Source: a virus
Taxonomy: Duplodnaviria; Caudoviricetes
IMG/VR virus record: IMGVR_UViG_3300044611_001018
Reading direction: 5' to 3' (one strand)
Length of the DNA stretch: 64,000 nucleotides
A program made the translations under genes and the position numbers. Below the pieces are notes generated by a model. The model did no database searches, was not told where the DNA came from, and worked only from the letters and a program-made list of their open reading frames with translations. Shown piece after piece: positions 8,586 through 16,234 of the stretch. Position 1 is the first letter of the stretch. Every line of letters starts with the position of its first letter.

Positions 8586-8821
8586 TGTGAACATCCTACA
8601 TGAATTTGAATTGATTTAAAGGCATTTGCCATTTCTTTGTATCCTAAACCAATATATACTTGTCCAGTAACAACAGCGATTGCCATAGAACCCCAAAAGA
8701 TATAGTACCACTTGGATTTAACTTGATGTTGTTTTTTGAGTTCATCAAGTTCCTCATGAATATCTTGATGATGAAACCTTAAAGGTTTTTGAATAAGTTC
8801 TTTGAGTTTTTTGTTTTTCAT
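8582..8821 (-). CDS. Hypothetical membrane protein, 79 aa
   Basis: Hydrophobic segment WYYIFWGSMAIAVVTGQVYIGLG; ATGA-type overlaps on both sides. Confidence 0.7.
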   Translation of the reverse strand: MKNKKLKELIQKPLRFHHQDIHEELDELKKQHQVKSKWYYIFWGSMAIAVVTGQVYIGLGYKEMANAFKSIQIHVGCSQ

Positions 8822-9765
8822 TTAAACTCACACTCCACCATAATTTCAGTAAGAGCAGCAAGAAGATTTATTTCTTGGTCAGCCACGAATGCACATTGGT
8901 ATTGGTACTTAGCAACAATAAGAACGGCAGCAGGAATAGATTGGGGTGAAAGATCATCAAGAGAGGAGTCATAAATCCTACGAAGTAAACTTGAAGCATC
9001 GTTATCCAAGTTCCCGACCACCCACTTTCGGACTTCAGTAAAGTTTTTAGTTTTGAGATTTTTAATAAGTTCATTTACATTAGTATCAGAGAATGATGCC
9101 AGGATTCCTGTATCAATTTTTCCACCAACAGCATAACGTTGGCACTCATTAAGTACTCGCCTCCAATCTGGAAAATGCTTATTAACCAATTCAATCAGTA
9201 CTTTTTGGTCATATTGAATTGACTCTTTTTGAAGGATGTCTTGAAGGCGAGTAAAAAATGCTGCAGCAAGTTTTGGTTTTTCCTTTGACTTAATTCCAAA
9301 TTCGACGACTGCACATCGAGAATGGAGTGGTTCAATGATTTTGTTCTTGTAATTACAGGTAAAGATGAATCTACAGTTGTTAGCAAACTCCTCAATAGAA
9401 GCACGTAGGAGGAGTTGTACGTCGTTTGTTGTGTTATCTGCCTCATCAATGATGATGACTTTGTGTTTAGCAGTTGACGAAAGTGAGACGGTCGAAGCGA
9501 AGTTCTTCGCATTGTTTCGGACAGTATCGAGGAATCTACCTTCGTCGGATCCGTTAATGACATAAACATCTACTCCCAATTCATTACAGAGTGCTTTTGC
9601 CACCGTTGTCTTGCCACATCCAGCAGGACCAGCAAGAAGCAAGTTTGGCACTTCGCCTTTATTTAGAAAGTCTGTAAATGTTTTCTTAATATTCTCAGGG
9701 AGAATACAATCTTCAATTGTTTTGGGGCGATATTTCTCAACCCACAAAAATTCATCACGACTCAT
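8818..9765 (-). CDS. gp44: Clamp loader large subunit (AAA+)
   Basis: LWVEKYRP, GPAGCGKTT, IIIDEAD, PLHSRC. Confidence 0.97.
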   Translation of the reverse strand: MSRDEFLWVEKYRPKTIEDCILPENIKKTFTDFLNKGEVPNLLLAGPAGCGKTTVAKALCNELGVDVYVINGSDEGRFLDTVRNNAKNFASTVSLSSTAKHKVIIIDEADNTTNDVQLLLRASIEEFANNCRFIFTCNYKNKIIEPLHSRCAVVEFGIKSKEKPKLAAAFFTRLQDILQKESIQYDQKVLIELVNKHFPDWRRVLNECQRYAVGGKIDTGILASFSDTNVNELIKNLKTKNFTEVRKWVVGNLDNDASSLLRRIYDSSLDDLSPQSIPAAVLIVAKYQYQCAFVADQEINLLAALTEIMVECEFK

Positions 9766-9771
9766 AATTTT

Positions 9772-10284
9772 TTATACCCAATCAGGTTTTCGTTCTGGCA
9801 TACGAAGATAATTAGATGCAACCCAAGATTTGGATGCGATATACATCTTGTAAGCAGTAAAAGTGTCAATGCTTGTGTCAAGTTTATACTCATCAGGCAT
9901 CGCTCTCGCAAACGGTGTTACTTCAGTAATCTTTCCTTTAGGAAAAAGATAATAAGCATCCACAAGTGTTTTATAACAAGAGTGAATCTTATTATAGCGA
10001 AGGGCGTACTCATCTGACAAGTTAAGTCCCCACTTAATTAACCAGTAGGCATTGTGGATTGATTCCATTGCCCACTTTGTACATGGATGATTACGGAATG
10101 CTCCCTTCTCTGTCTTGTATGGCGTTCCATCAGACTTTGGAAGAGTTCCGTATCCATGTCCCCATTTGTCAGATGCCACGATAGAGAGCATCTGACAGCA
10201 CTCTAATGGCATTTTGACAACGTGTTTATCAGGGAGACAGACAGCACTTTCAGCAGGCCAAGGAGAGGTTACAAAAATGTTCAT
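9772..10284 (-). CDS. Pyrimidine-dimer DNA glycosylase (DenV)-like protein
   Basis: MNIF...LPDKHVVKMPLECCQMLS...NHPCTKWA...EYALRYNKIH...ARAMP pattern. Confidence 0.7.
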   Translation of the reverse strand: MNIFVTSPWPAESAVCLPDKHVVKMPLECCQMLSIVASDKWGHGYGTLPKSDGTPYKTEKGAFRNHPCTKWAMESIHNAYWLIKWGLNLSDEYALRYNKIHSCYKTLVDAYYLFPKGKITEVTPFARAMPDEYKLDTSIDTFTAYKMYIASKSWVASNYLRMPERKPDWV

Positions 10285-10967
10285 CCAAATGTTGAATCAG
10301 GTTCCAGAGCAATATAATACTTCAGGTCATAATCCTTACTGTCAAAACGTGACAAAAGTTTACTTGAGATGCTGACCTGATATGTTCCAGGAATAATCTT
10401 AATATTTTCTACTTTAAAATTAAAGCAGAAGTTAAGTTCAGTCTCACCCACAATAACTTGGAAGTCATTAGAGGTATCATTCTTTTTATCGCGGACCACA
10501 ATCTTAACAACACCTGCTTCACCGATAACAGACAAATCAGGAAGTTGGAAGATATTAGCAGCTTTAATAAGACGAGTCAGTTGATCGGAAGTAATGCTAA
10601 ACGATACGTCTTCAGAAGGAAGAATAAGTTCTTTTTCTGGAGGAGTAATAATTACGTTTGGATCAGCAAAAAAGTAATTTGAACGAGTTTTACCCTCACG
10701 AATTACAACATAACTATCATGAGTAAAGTCAAGTGCAGGATCTTTATGTAGATCCAATCCATTCAAAAATTGATTGAGATCGTAAATTCCAAAGTCTTTA
10801 GGGATCTCTTCGGTGATGTCTGCTTCTGCAAGAATGTTCTTCATAACACTAATGGTGCGAAGCTTACTACCTTGTTTAAAAAGAATAGATTGATTAATGT
10901 TAGAAAAGTTCTTTAGAAGATTCAGAGTTTTATCAGAAAGTTTCATAGTTTGGGAGTTCAAATTCAT
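10281..10967 (-). CDS. gp45: Sliding clamp
   Basis: MKLSDKTLNLLKNFSNINQSI, FGIYDLNQFL, YYIALE. Confidence 0.97.
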   Translation of the reverse strand: MNLNSQTMKLSDKTLNLLKNFSNINQSILFKQGSKLRTISVMKNILAEADITEEIPKDFGIYDLNQFLNGLDLHKDPALDFTHDSYVVIREGKTRSNYFFADPNVIITPPEKELILPSEDVSFSITSDQLTRLIKAANIFQLPDLSVIGEAGVVKIVVRDKKNDTSNDFQVIVGETELNFCFNFKVENIKIIPGTYQVSISSKLLSRFDSKDYDLKYYIALEPDSTFG

Positions 10968-10969
10968 AA

Positions 10970-11497
10970 TCATCGAAATTCGGAAAGACCATTGTCTTTG
11001 CGAGAATAATGCCCATCAAAGTGAAGGAGTAGCATGGCATAGTGAATGACTTTCATCAGGTCACGTTTGTTGCGACCATCTTTGTCACCATAACGACTGC
11101 CATATTTAAGAATATTTGCTTGACAAAAACCAGGAGCAAGATCCTTAGCTGCCATCAAATCAATAGTTTGAATGTCTTTGTGATCTTGATTGTGCCCACA
11201 GTAATGACTACCATAAGTGCTAGTCACATAATCCTCAATATCTTTGAGGATTTTATCTTCATTGTATTTCCAAAGATGATTTTTAGTTTCACTCATATTA
11301 AGATTAAAAGTGTAAGGTGAATTCAAAGTAAGGTGGTCATCACCCATACCACCAGGGAGTCTAGATCCAAGAACAATCATGTCTGGTGAAGGATTGGGAT
11401 TACCTGTTAAACTAATTCCATCTTCAACCCAAAAATCTTGATTTGATAAGTTAGACATTAAATTAAAATCGTTTTCTGAATAAGGATGTTCGTCCAT
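10970..11497 (-). CDS. DUF3310-like (T7 gp1.7 nucleotide-kinase-like) protein with acidic N-terminal extension
   Basis: HY...IQTIDL...GFCQANILKYGSRYGDKDGRNKRDLMKVIHY; start 11497 or 11515 uncertain. Confidence 0.65.
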   Translation of the reverse strand: MDEHPYSENDFNLMSNLSNQDFWVEDGISLTGNPNPSPDMIVLGSRLPGGMGDDHLTLNSPYTFNLNMSETKNHLWKYNEDKILKDIEDYVTSTYGSHYCGHNQDHKDIQTIDLMAAKDLAPGFCQANILKYGSRYGDKDGRNKRDLMKVIHYAMLLLHFDGHYSRKDNGLSEFR

Positions 11498-11503
11498 AAT
11501 AAA

Positions 11504-11528
11504 GGGGAGGGTCATAATTTACCTCCCC
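11504..11528 (-). terminator. Hairpin downstream of the MoxR-like ATPase, possible terminator
   Basis: GGGGAGG-taaattatgac-CCTCCCC then TTTATT (weak U-tract). Confidence 0.5.
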
Positions 11529-11536
11529 CAATTATA

Positions 11537-12670
11537 TCAGAATGGGGTGGGTTGGTCAATGTATTCTGCAGTCAGTTCAGGACCAGTAGAAGGCATTTGG
11601 AAGTCAGCATCCACTTTATCATACAGTTCCAGGAAGGACTGTTTGGTTTCGTCATCAAAACGATTCACACACACTTGGATTGCCTTTGCCTTGTCTTGGA
11701 AGATGCTATAAGCACGAATGATATGGACAAGACGGCGGGTGCTAATGATTTCATCAATACCACCATCGTAGAAGGTCTTGCGAATGATGTCTGCCCAGTC
11801 AACCAGGCGCTTACAGAAGTCGCGGTCTTCCACGCCAAGGTCCAGAGCAATGCCTTCCAGAATCTTCTGTTCAGTAGCAGGAGCAGGATAGGACTGCTCA
11901 AAGGTCACAGGGAAACGCTCAAGGAATGCTTCGTTGAGAACGTTAGTGCCGATGAAGCGACCATCATCACTACCCTTACCTTTGGTGTTAGCGGTAGCAA
12001 CAACGTTGAAACCCGCAGCGGGTTTGACATACTTACCAATTTTCTTAAGGAAGACACCCTTGCCTTCCAGAACAGACTGAAGGCAGAGGATTTTATTGGA
12101 GGCAAGGTCAATCTCATCCAGAAGCAGAATTGCACCACGTTCCAGAGCTTCCACAACAGGACCATTGTGCCAAACGGTCTCACCATTCACCAGACGGAAA
12201 CCACCAATCAAATCATCCTCATCAGTCTCAATCGTGATGTTGACACGAATCATCTCACGCTTTAGTTGAGCACAAGCTTGTTCCACACTGAACGTTTTAC
12301 CATTACCCGAAAGACCCGTAATGAACGTTGGATAAAACAAACAGGACTGAATAATACGTTTAACATCTTTAAAATTACCAAACTGGACGAAGGTATCATC
12401 TTTGTCAGGAATAAGATTTTGTTCGATGGAAGGAAGAGCAGAGGGAGACTGGAATGTACGTTCAATTTCATTGACTCGCTCTTGGGTTACCTCAAGATTC
12501 CAACGCCCACGAGAAGTTTTAAATTGCTCAAGGCGACGAGTCACTGTCTGATAATTCAGACCATGAGAAGCACAGAAACCCCTAAGATCGCCAGAAGTAA
12601 TTTCAGAACCATAAAGTTCTTTGATGCTATCAAAAAGGGCTTCGTCGTTCACAGAAGATTTGCGAGACAT
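11537..12670 (-). CDS. MoxR/CobS-like AAA+ ATPase, 377 aa
   Basis: GLSGNGKT (Walker A), LLLDEID (Walker B), ATANTKG, LNEAFLERF, ISTRRL; usually labelled cobS in cyanophages. Confidence 0.92.
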   Translation of the reverse strand: MSRKSSVNDEALFDSIKELYGSEITSGDLRGFCASHGLNYQTVTRRLEQFKTSRGRWNLEVTQERVNEIERTFQSPSALPSIEQNLIPDKDDTFVQFGNFKDVKRIIQSCLFYPTFITGLSGNGKTFSVEQACAQLKREMIRVNITIETDEDDLIGGFRLVNGETVWHNGPVVEALERGAILLLDEIDLASNKILCLQSVLEGKGVFLKKIGKYVKPAAGFNVVATANTKGKGSDDGRFIGTNVLNEAFLERFPVTFEQSYPAPATEQKILEGIALDLGVEDRDFCKRLVDWADIIRKTFYDGGIDEIISTRRLVHIIRAYSIFQDKAKAIQVCVNRFDDETKQSFLELYDKVDADFQMPSTGPELTAEYIDQPTPF

Positions 12671-12702
12671 GATGTAGTTGGGTGGTTTGTTTCAACATAG
12701 TA

Positions 12703-12747
12703 ATTGTACACTGACTTTGAGGAAGATGGAGTTACCAGTGGACGGTT
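12703..12747 (-). promoter_or_regulatory. Promoter: AACCGTCCAC motif, 29 nt, then TACAAT (-10)
   Basis: Motif at 12738-12747, -10 at 12703-12708; same spacing as the copy at 15088-15132. Confidence 0.6.
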
Positions 12748-12912
12748 CTAAGATTGTCCCATCTGCTCAAAGAATTTTTTAGATATTATTTTAGCGGTAT
12801 ATCCTGGGTAATACTTTTTTACCCAGGACTCCACTCCCATTGCTGTGATTACACTATCACATAAAATGAATACTTCTTTAGTTTCTTCTTTAACTATGTG
12901 TTGCAAATTCAT
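12748..12912 (-). CDS. Small hypothetical protein, 54 aa (MNLQHIVKEETKEVFILCDSVITAMGVESWVKKYYPGYTAKII...)
   Basis: Hand-translated; ATG overlaps the vWA gene stop (ATGA-type). Confidence 0.65.
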   Translation of the reverse strand: MNLQHIVKEETKEVFILCDSVITAMGVESWVKKYYPGYTAKIISKKFFEQMGQS

Positions 12913-15065
12913 TTTGCTACCAACTCAATAAATTCATTAAGGATTTTTTTATTCATTTTTTTACCCCTAAGACTTTTAACAAAAGCGGATTTAATTTGTG
13001 ATTTAGTAGCACATTCCGCAATGTCAAACTCACTATCTTGGGCAAGAGCAGTTGCAGACAATCCAAAATAAGTATTGTAGGAAGATTTTTTAATAGAAAT
13101 TGTTTTTTCTTTTTTCCAAACGCTCATCATTTTATCCAATTCTTCTCCATACCAACCATAATAGCGACGAATAAAATTACCAGCATCCCTAGGTTCAAGG
13201 ACACGAATTCCAATAAAGTTGATGTTTGAGAATTTGTCCCTAAGATTTTGAAGAAGAATTTCAGTAATCGTATGATGATTACCATCGAACGCATATGTAT
13301 TCCCAGTTTTACGATCTCTTAGGTAAGCATTTGCTCCAATATGGGATGTTCCCAAATATGGTTCAGATTCCCAATGACGCTTAACTTCGCGGTGATAGGT
13401 AACATTACAAGCTTCACCATCAGTAAGAATAACACATTGAACTTTTTGGAGTTTATTATCTTTTTGAAATTTTGGAAGAATTTGATGCAAAGCGATTAGA
13501 GATTCATTTAATGGCGTTCCCGAAAGACTAAGACCAGAAGGAACACTATATTGACAATAAAAATGGCGATCAAATGAATGAGCAATTCGGAAAATATTTT
13601 TCATTTGTTCTTCCAGAATTTTTGAATTTGTTTTACTAGTCAACATATTCATCAAAGAAAACCATTCTACAACTTGAATGAGTCCATCTCTTTTTTTATA
13701 AGATAGCATACGAAGATCTGCCTTTCCATCTGAACTATATTTGACCAAAGGATAATCGGTAGTGAATGCGTATACTTCAAAAGGAATTGAGACTTTTTTA
13801 CAGAACCAAATCAGATTAAACAACTGTTTAATAGTATCGACAATTACATCAGACATTGATCCAGACCAGTCTAAAATAAACACCAATCCATGATTTTTTC
13901 CTTCAGCAAGAGTAGTTACTTTTTTAAAAAGATCTTCATTATGCTTATAGGTATGAAGTTTAGAACAGTCCAAAACACCAGTACGAGCAACTGTCGATCG
14001 AGAATAAGAGTCAGCTGCTTTACGACATTCAAACTCTTTAACAAGATATGTAACTTCTTTTTGTGCTGATTTTTTAAATTCTTGATATCGCTTGTCCACT
14101 TCACCAAAAATATGTTCTTTAGAGAAGTTGTGATTTTCAAGAAACTCATTCCAACTCTCACTACATTTAGAATGAATTTCGGAATTTGGAACAATAATTT
14201 TACCAAGATCTAGTTCGGGCAATTCTAGATAAACGTTTTCAAAACAAGAGTTATCTACAAGATCCTTAAGAGCTTCCTCAAGAGAATCCATAGTCTTAAC
14301 TTCTGGTTCTTCAATATTCTCCGCACCAATAGGGGATTTGATAGTTTGTTCTCTTTGTTGAGACTTTTCTTGAGAATTAGCACCTCCAGAACCATCAGAC
14401 TCTGGTTGGTCATTCTCACCTTCCTGCTGGTCAGTAAAGTCGGAAGCAGGTTGATTGTTAGCACCACTCTGCTGGGACTCAAGATTATCCAAAGAAATCT
14501 TGGTTTCTTCCTGTTGCTTGTGTTTACAATACTTATAGAGTTCCTCTGCTGCCACGAGCACATCAGCAAAGGTTTCAGTGTCGGCAATCAGATTGATAAT
14601 TTCAGTCTCTTCACCACGCTCAATGGGAATATCTGTGTAGTTACCAATCTTGAAATAAAGATTTGCGCGATCGGCAAGATTATAAGTTTCCAGTTTATCA
14701 TCACCAATCTGGAAGAAATCATCATCGGCAAGTTCCTTGTAACCGTTATAGAAGGTCTTGGCGAGACCAGCATAACGACGCTTCATCAGTTTCTCAATAC
14801 GAGCATCCTCTACTACATTCACAAACTGTGGGGGAATCTTATGCTCCTTCAACCAGTCTTCATCAGGTGTATAGAGAGCGTGACCAACTTCGTGACCCAC
14901 CAGAAGGTCATACACGGTGTTGCTTGCCTTCTCCCACATCGGCAGAGTCAGGACACGAGTATGAACATTAAAGCAAGCAGTCTCCACCTTCTTGTGCTCA
15001 ACCACAAGGTCTTCGGTAGCAAGCAGCTTGGCGAGTTGGGACTTGATTTCGTGGCGAACAGACAT
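12909..15065 (-). CDS. Metallopeptidase-like plus vWA domain protein (MoxR partner), 718 aa
   Basis: GHEVGH (HExxH), NVVEDARIE, acidic linker, FILDWSGSM (MIDAS), LSGTPL, ILTDGE. Confidence 0.88.
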   Translation of the reverse strand: MSVRHEIKSQLAKLLATEDLVVEHKKVETACFNVHTRVLTLPMWEKASNTVYDLLVGHEVGHALYTPDEDWLKEHKIPPQFVNVVEDARIEKLMKRRYAGLAKTFYNGYKELADDDFFQIGDDKLETYNLADRANLYFKIGNYTDIPIERGEETEIINLIADTETFADVLVAAEELYKYCKHKQQEETKISLDNLESQQSGANNQPASDFTDQQEGENDQPESDGSGGANSQEKSQQREQTIKSPIGAENIEEPEVKTMDSLEEALKDLVDNSCFENVYLELPELDLGKIIVPNSEIHSKCSESWNEFLENHNFSKEHIFGEVDKRYQEFKKSAQKEVTYLVKEFECRKAADSYSRSTVARTGVLDCSKLHTYKHNEDLFKKVTTLAEGKNHGLVFILDWSGSMSDVIVDTIKQLFNLIWFCKKVSIPFEVYAFTTDYPLVKYSSDGKADLRMLSYKKRDGLIQVVEWFSLMNMLTSKTNSKILEEQMKNIFRIAHSFDRHFYCQYSVPSGLSLSGTPLNESLIALHQILPKFQKDNKLQKVQCVILTDGEACNVTYHREVKRHWESEPYLGTSHIGANAYLRDRKTGNTYAFDGNHHTITEILLQNLRDKFSNINFIGIRVLEPRDAGNFIRRYYGWYGEELDKMMSVWKKEKTISIKKSSYNTYFGLSATALAQDSEFDIAECATKSQIKSAFVKSLRGKKMNKKILNEFIELVAK

Positions 15066-15087
15066 TAGATTCGTTTGAACTCAATCA

Positions 15088-15132
15088 AGTATACAAAAAA
15101 ATCCCTCTGGCAAAAGAGGGTGGTGGACAGTT
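15088..15132 (-). promoter_or_regulatory. Promoter: AACTGTCCAC motif, 29 nt, then TATACT (-10), with an embedded terminator hairpin
   Basis: Motif at 15123-15132, -10 at 15088-15093; spacer contains CCCTCT-tttgcc-AGAGGG-A-T7. Confidence 0.6.
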
Positions 15133-15142
15133 CAAAAATTGG

Positions 15143-15367
15143 TCAACTGTCTTGGAATTTTTTATTAACTTCTTCCATAAATTGTTCAAATGTTCTTTGG
15201 CGCGGATTATAATTTGGGGTTACATCAGATCTAATTGGTCTTCCCCCAACGTTTGGTCCTAAATTTTGCCTTCTCTTCTTTTCAAACTCATGTTGCTTTG
15301 CTGGAGATCTTTTCTTTTTAGGAATTGGTAATCCAGTAATACCAATTTCAGTTTCGTCTTTTGCCAT
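15143..15367 (-). CDS. Basic hypothetical protein, 74 aa
   Basis: ORF preceded by late motif ATAAATA (15381-15387); C-terminal RTFEQFMEE. Confidence 0.75.
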   Translation of the reverse strand: MAKDETEIGITGLPIPKKKRSPAKQHEFEKKRRQNLGPNVGGRPIRSDVTPNYNPRQRTFEQFMEEVNKKFQDS

Positions 15368-15375
15368 AATTTTTT

Positions 15376-15522
15376 TTAAATATTTATGAAAAAAGAAGAA
15401 GCGTCTCGATTGAGACGCTTTTTAAGTGCTTGACGACGTGCCTTTGCTTGTCGGAGTGCTTGCGGTTTTAGTTTCCGCTTCTGCTCCTTTTTAGAGTGGT
15501 GTTGCCAATTGGGGGTGTTCAT
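15376..15522 (-). CDS. Small highly basic protein, 48 aa (MNTPNWQHHSKKEQKRKLKPQALRQAKARRQALKKRL...)
   Basis: ATG at 15522; recalled as a small cyanophage ORF after the epimerase. Confidence 0.6.
   Translation of the reverse strand: MNTPNWQHHSKKEQKRKLKPQALRQAKARRQALKKRLNRDASSFFINI
15391..15424. terminator. Possible bidirectional terminator
   Basis: AAGCGTCTC-gatt-GAGACGCTT (15399-15420) with an A-run on the left and a T-run on the right. Confidence 0.6.
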
Positions 15523-16234
15523 TGATTGTATCCAGAACGTTAATGGTTGGGAACCATCCAATACTAGTTAGGATTGTAGTATCTGCCACGTTGTCTTGTC
15601 TTTCCCCTGGGGTCAGTTCTCTAACTGGTAGGTGACCCATTCCCATTTTTTCTGCCAAGTCTTTAACATAAACAGATTTACCAGACCCAACAGGAACTGG
15701 ACCACAGATAGAACTACTGACAAGATAACGAATTGCTCGACAAACATCTTTAACATGAATCCAATCTCGTTTATGATTGGTAACATAGGTTGCAGTTTTA
15801 TCTTCAAGCATTCTATACATCATATCAGAACGACTATCTGGACCATAAACTGTAGTAAACCTCATCCCAACTGAATTTGGAGGTGCCATTTGTTCATTAA
15901 TCCATTTTGTCATCGCATAAGGATTCTCCCAATAATCTTCTTCTACTGCACTTGAAGACGCATATAAAAGTCTAGTATTTGTTTCTCTACACCAGTCAAA
16001 AAGTTTTTTAGATTTTACTACATTATTCTCATAAAACTTTTGTGGATTTTCTAGACTCTCTCTGATATTTGCAAACGCTGCAAGATGAATGACTAAATCA
16101 TAATTATCTTCAACAAAATTCTCAATATCATATGGAAAATCCATTCCCACAACTAAATGATTATGAGTAGTTTGCCAATCAGCAAACACATTCCTTCCTA
16201 TAAATCCCCTATGCCCAGTAATTAAAACTTTCAT
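15491..16234 (-). CDS. NAD-dependent epimerase/dehydratase (NDP-sugar, extended SDR)
   Basis: ITGHRGFIG, HLAAFA, YASSS, YAMTK, RFTTVYGP, RDWIHVKD. Confidence 0.92.
   Translation of the reverse strand: MKVLITGHRGFIGRNVFADWQTTHNHLVVGMDFPYDIENFVEDNYDLVIHLAAFANIRESLENPQKFYENNVVKSKKLFDWCRETNTRLLYASSSAVEEDYWENPYAMTKWINEQMAPPNSVGMRFTTVYGPDSRSDMMYRMLEDKTATYVTNHKRDWIHVKDVCRAIRYLVSSSICGPVPVGSGKSVYVKDLAEKMGMGHLPVRELTPGERQDNVADTTILTSIGWFPTINVLDTINEHPQLATPL

Noticed and set aside
11486-12265. 259-aa + strand ORF antisense to the MoxR ATPase
   Set aside because: It mirrors a GC-rich, codon-biased sense gene, has no recognisable motif, and has no promoter or RBS; a typical antisense shadow
11537-12670. 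Linking the cobS-labelled ATPase to cobalamin supply for the B12-radical SAM cassette
   Set aside because: The protein looks like a generic MoxR ATPase paired with a peptidase-vWA protein; no CobN or other corrin gene is in the window
14346-15068. 240-aa + strand ORF antisense to the vWA gene
   Set aside because: It coincides with the GC-rich part of the real gene; the hydrophobic content is what the antisense of a charged protein gives
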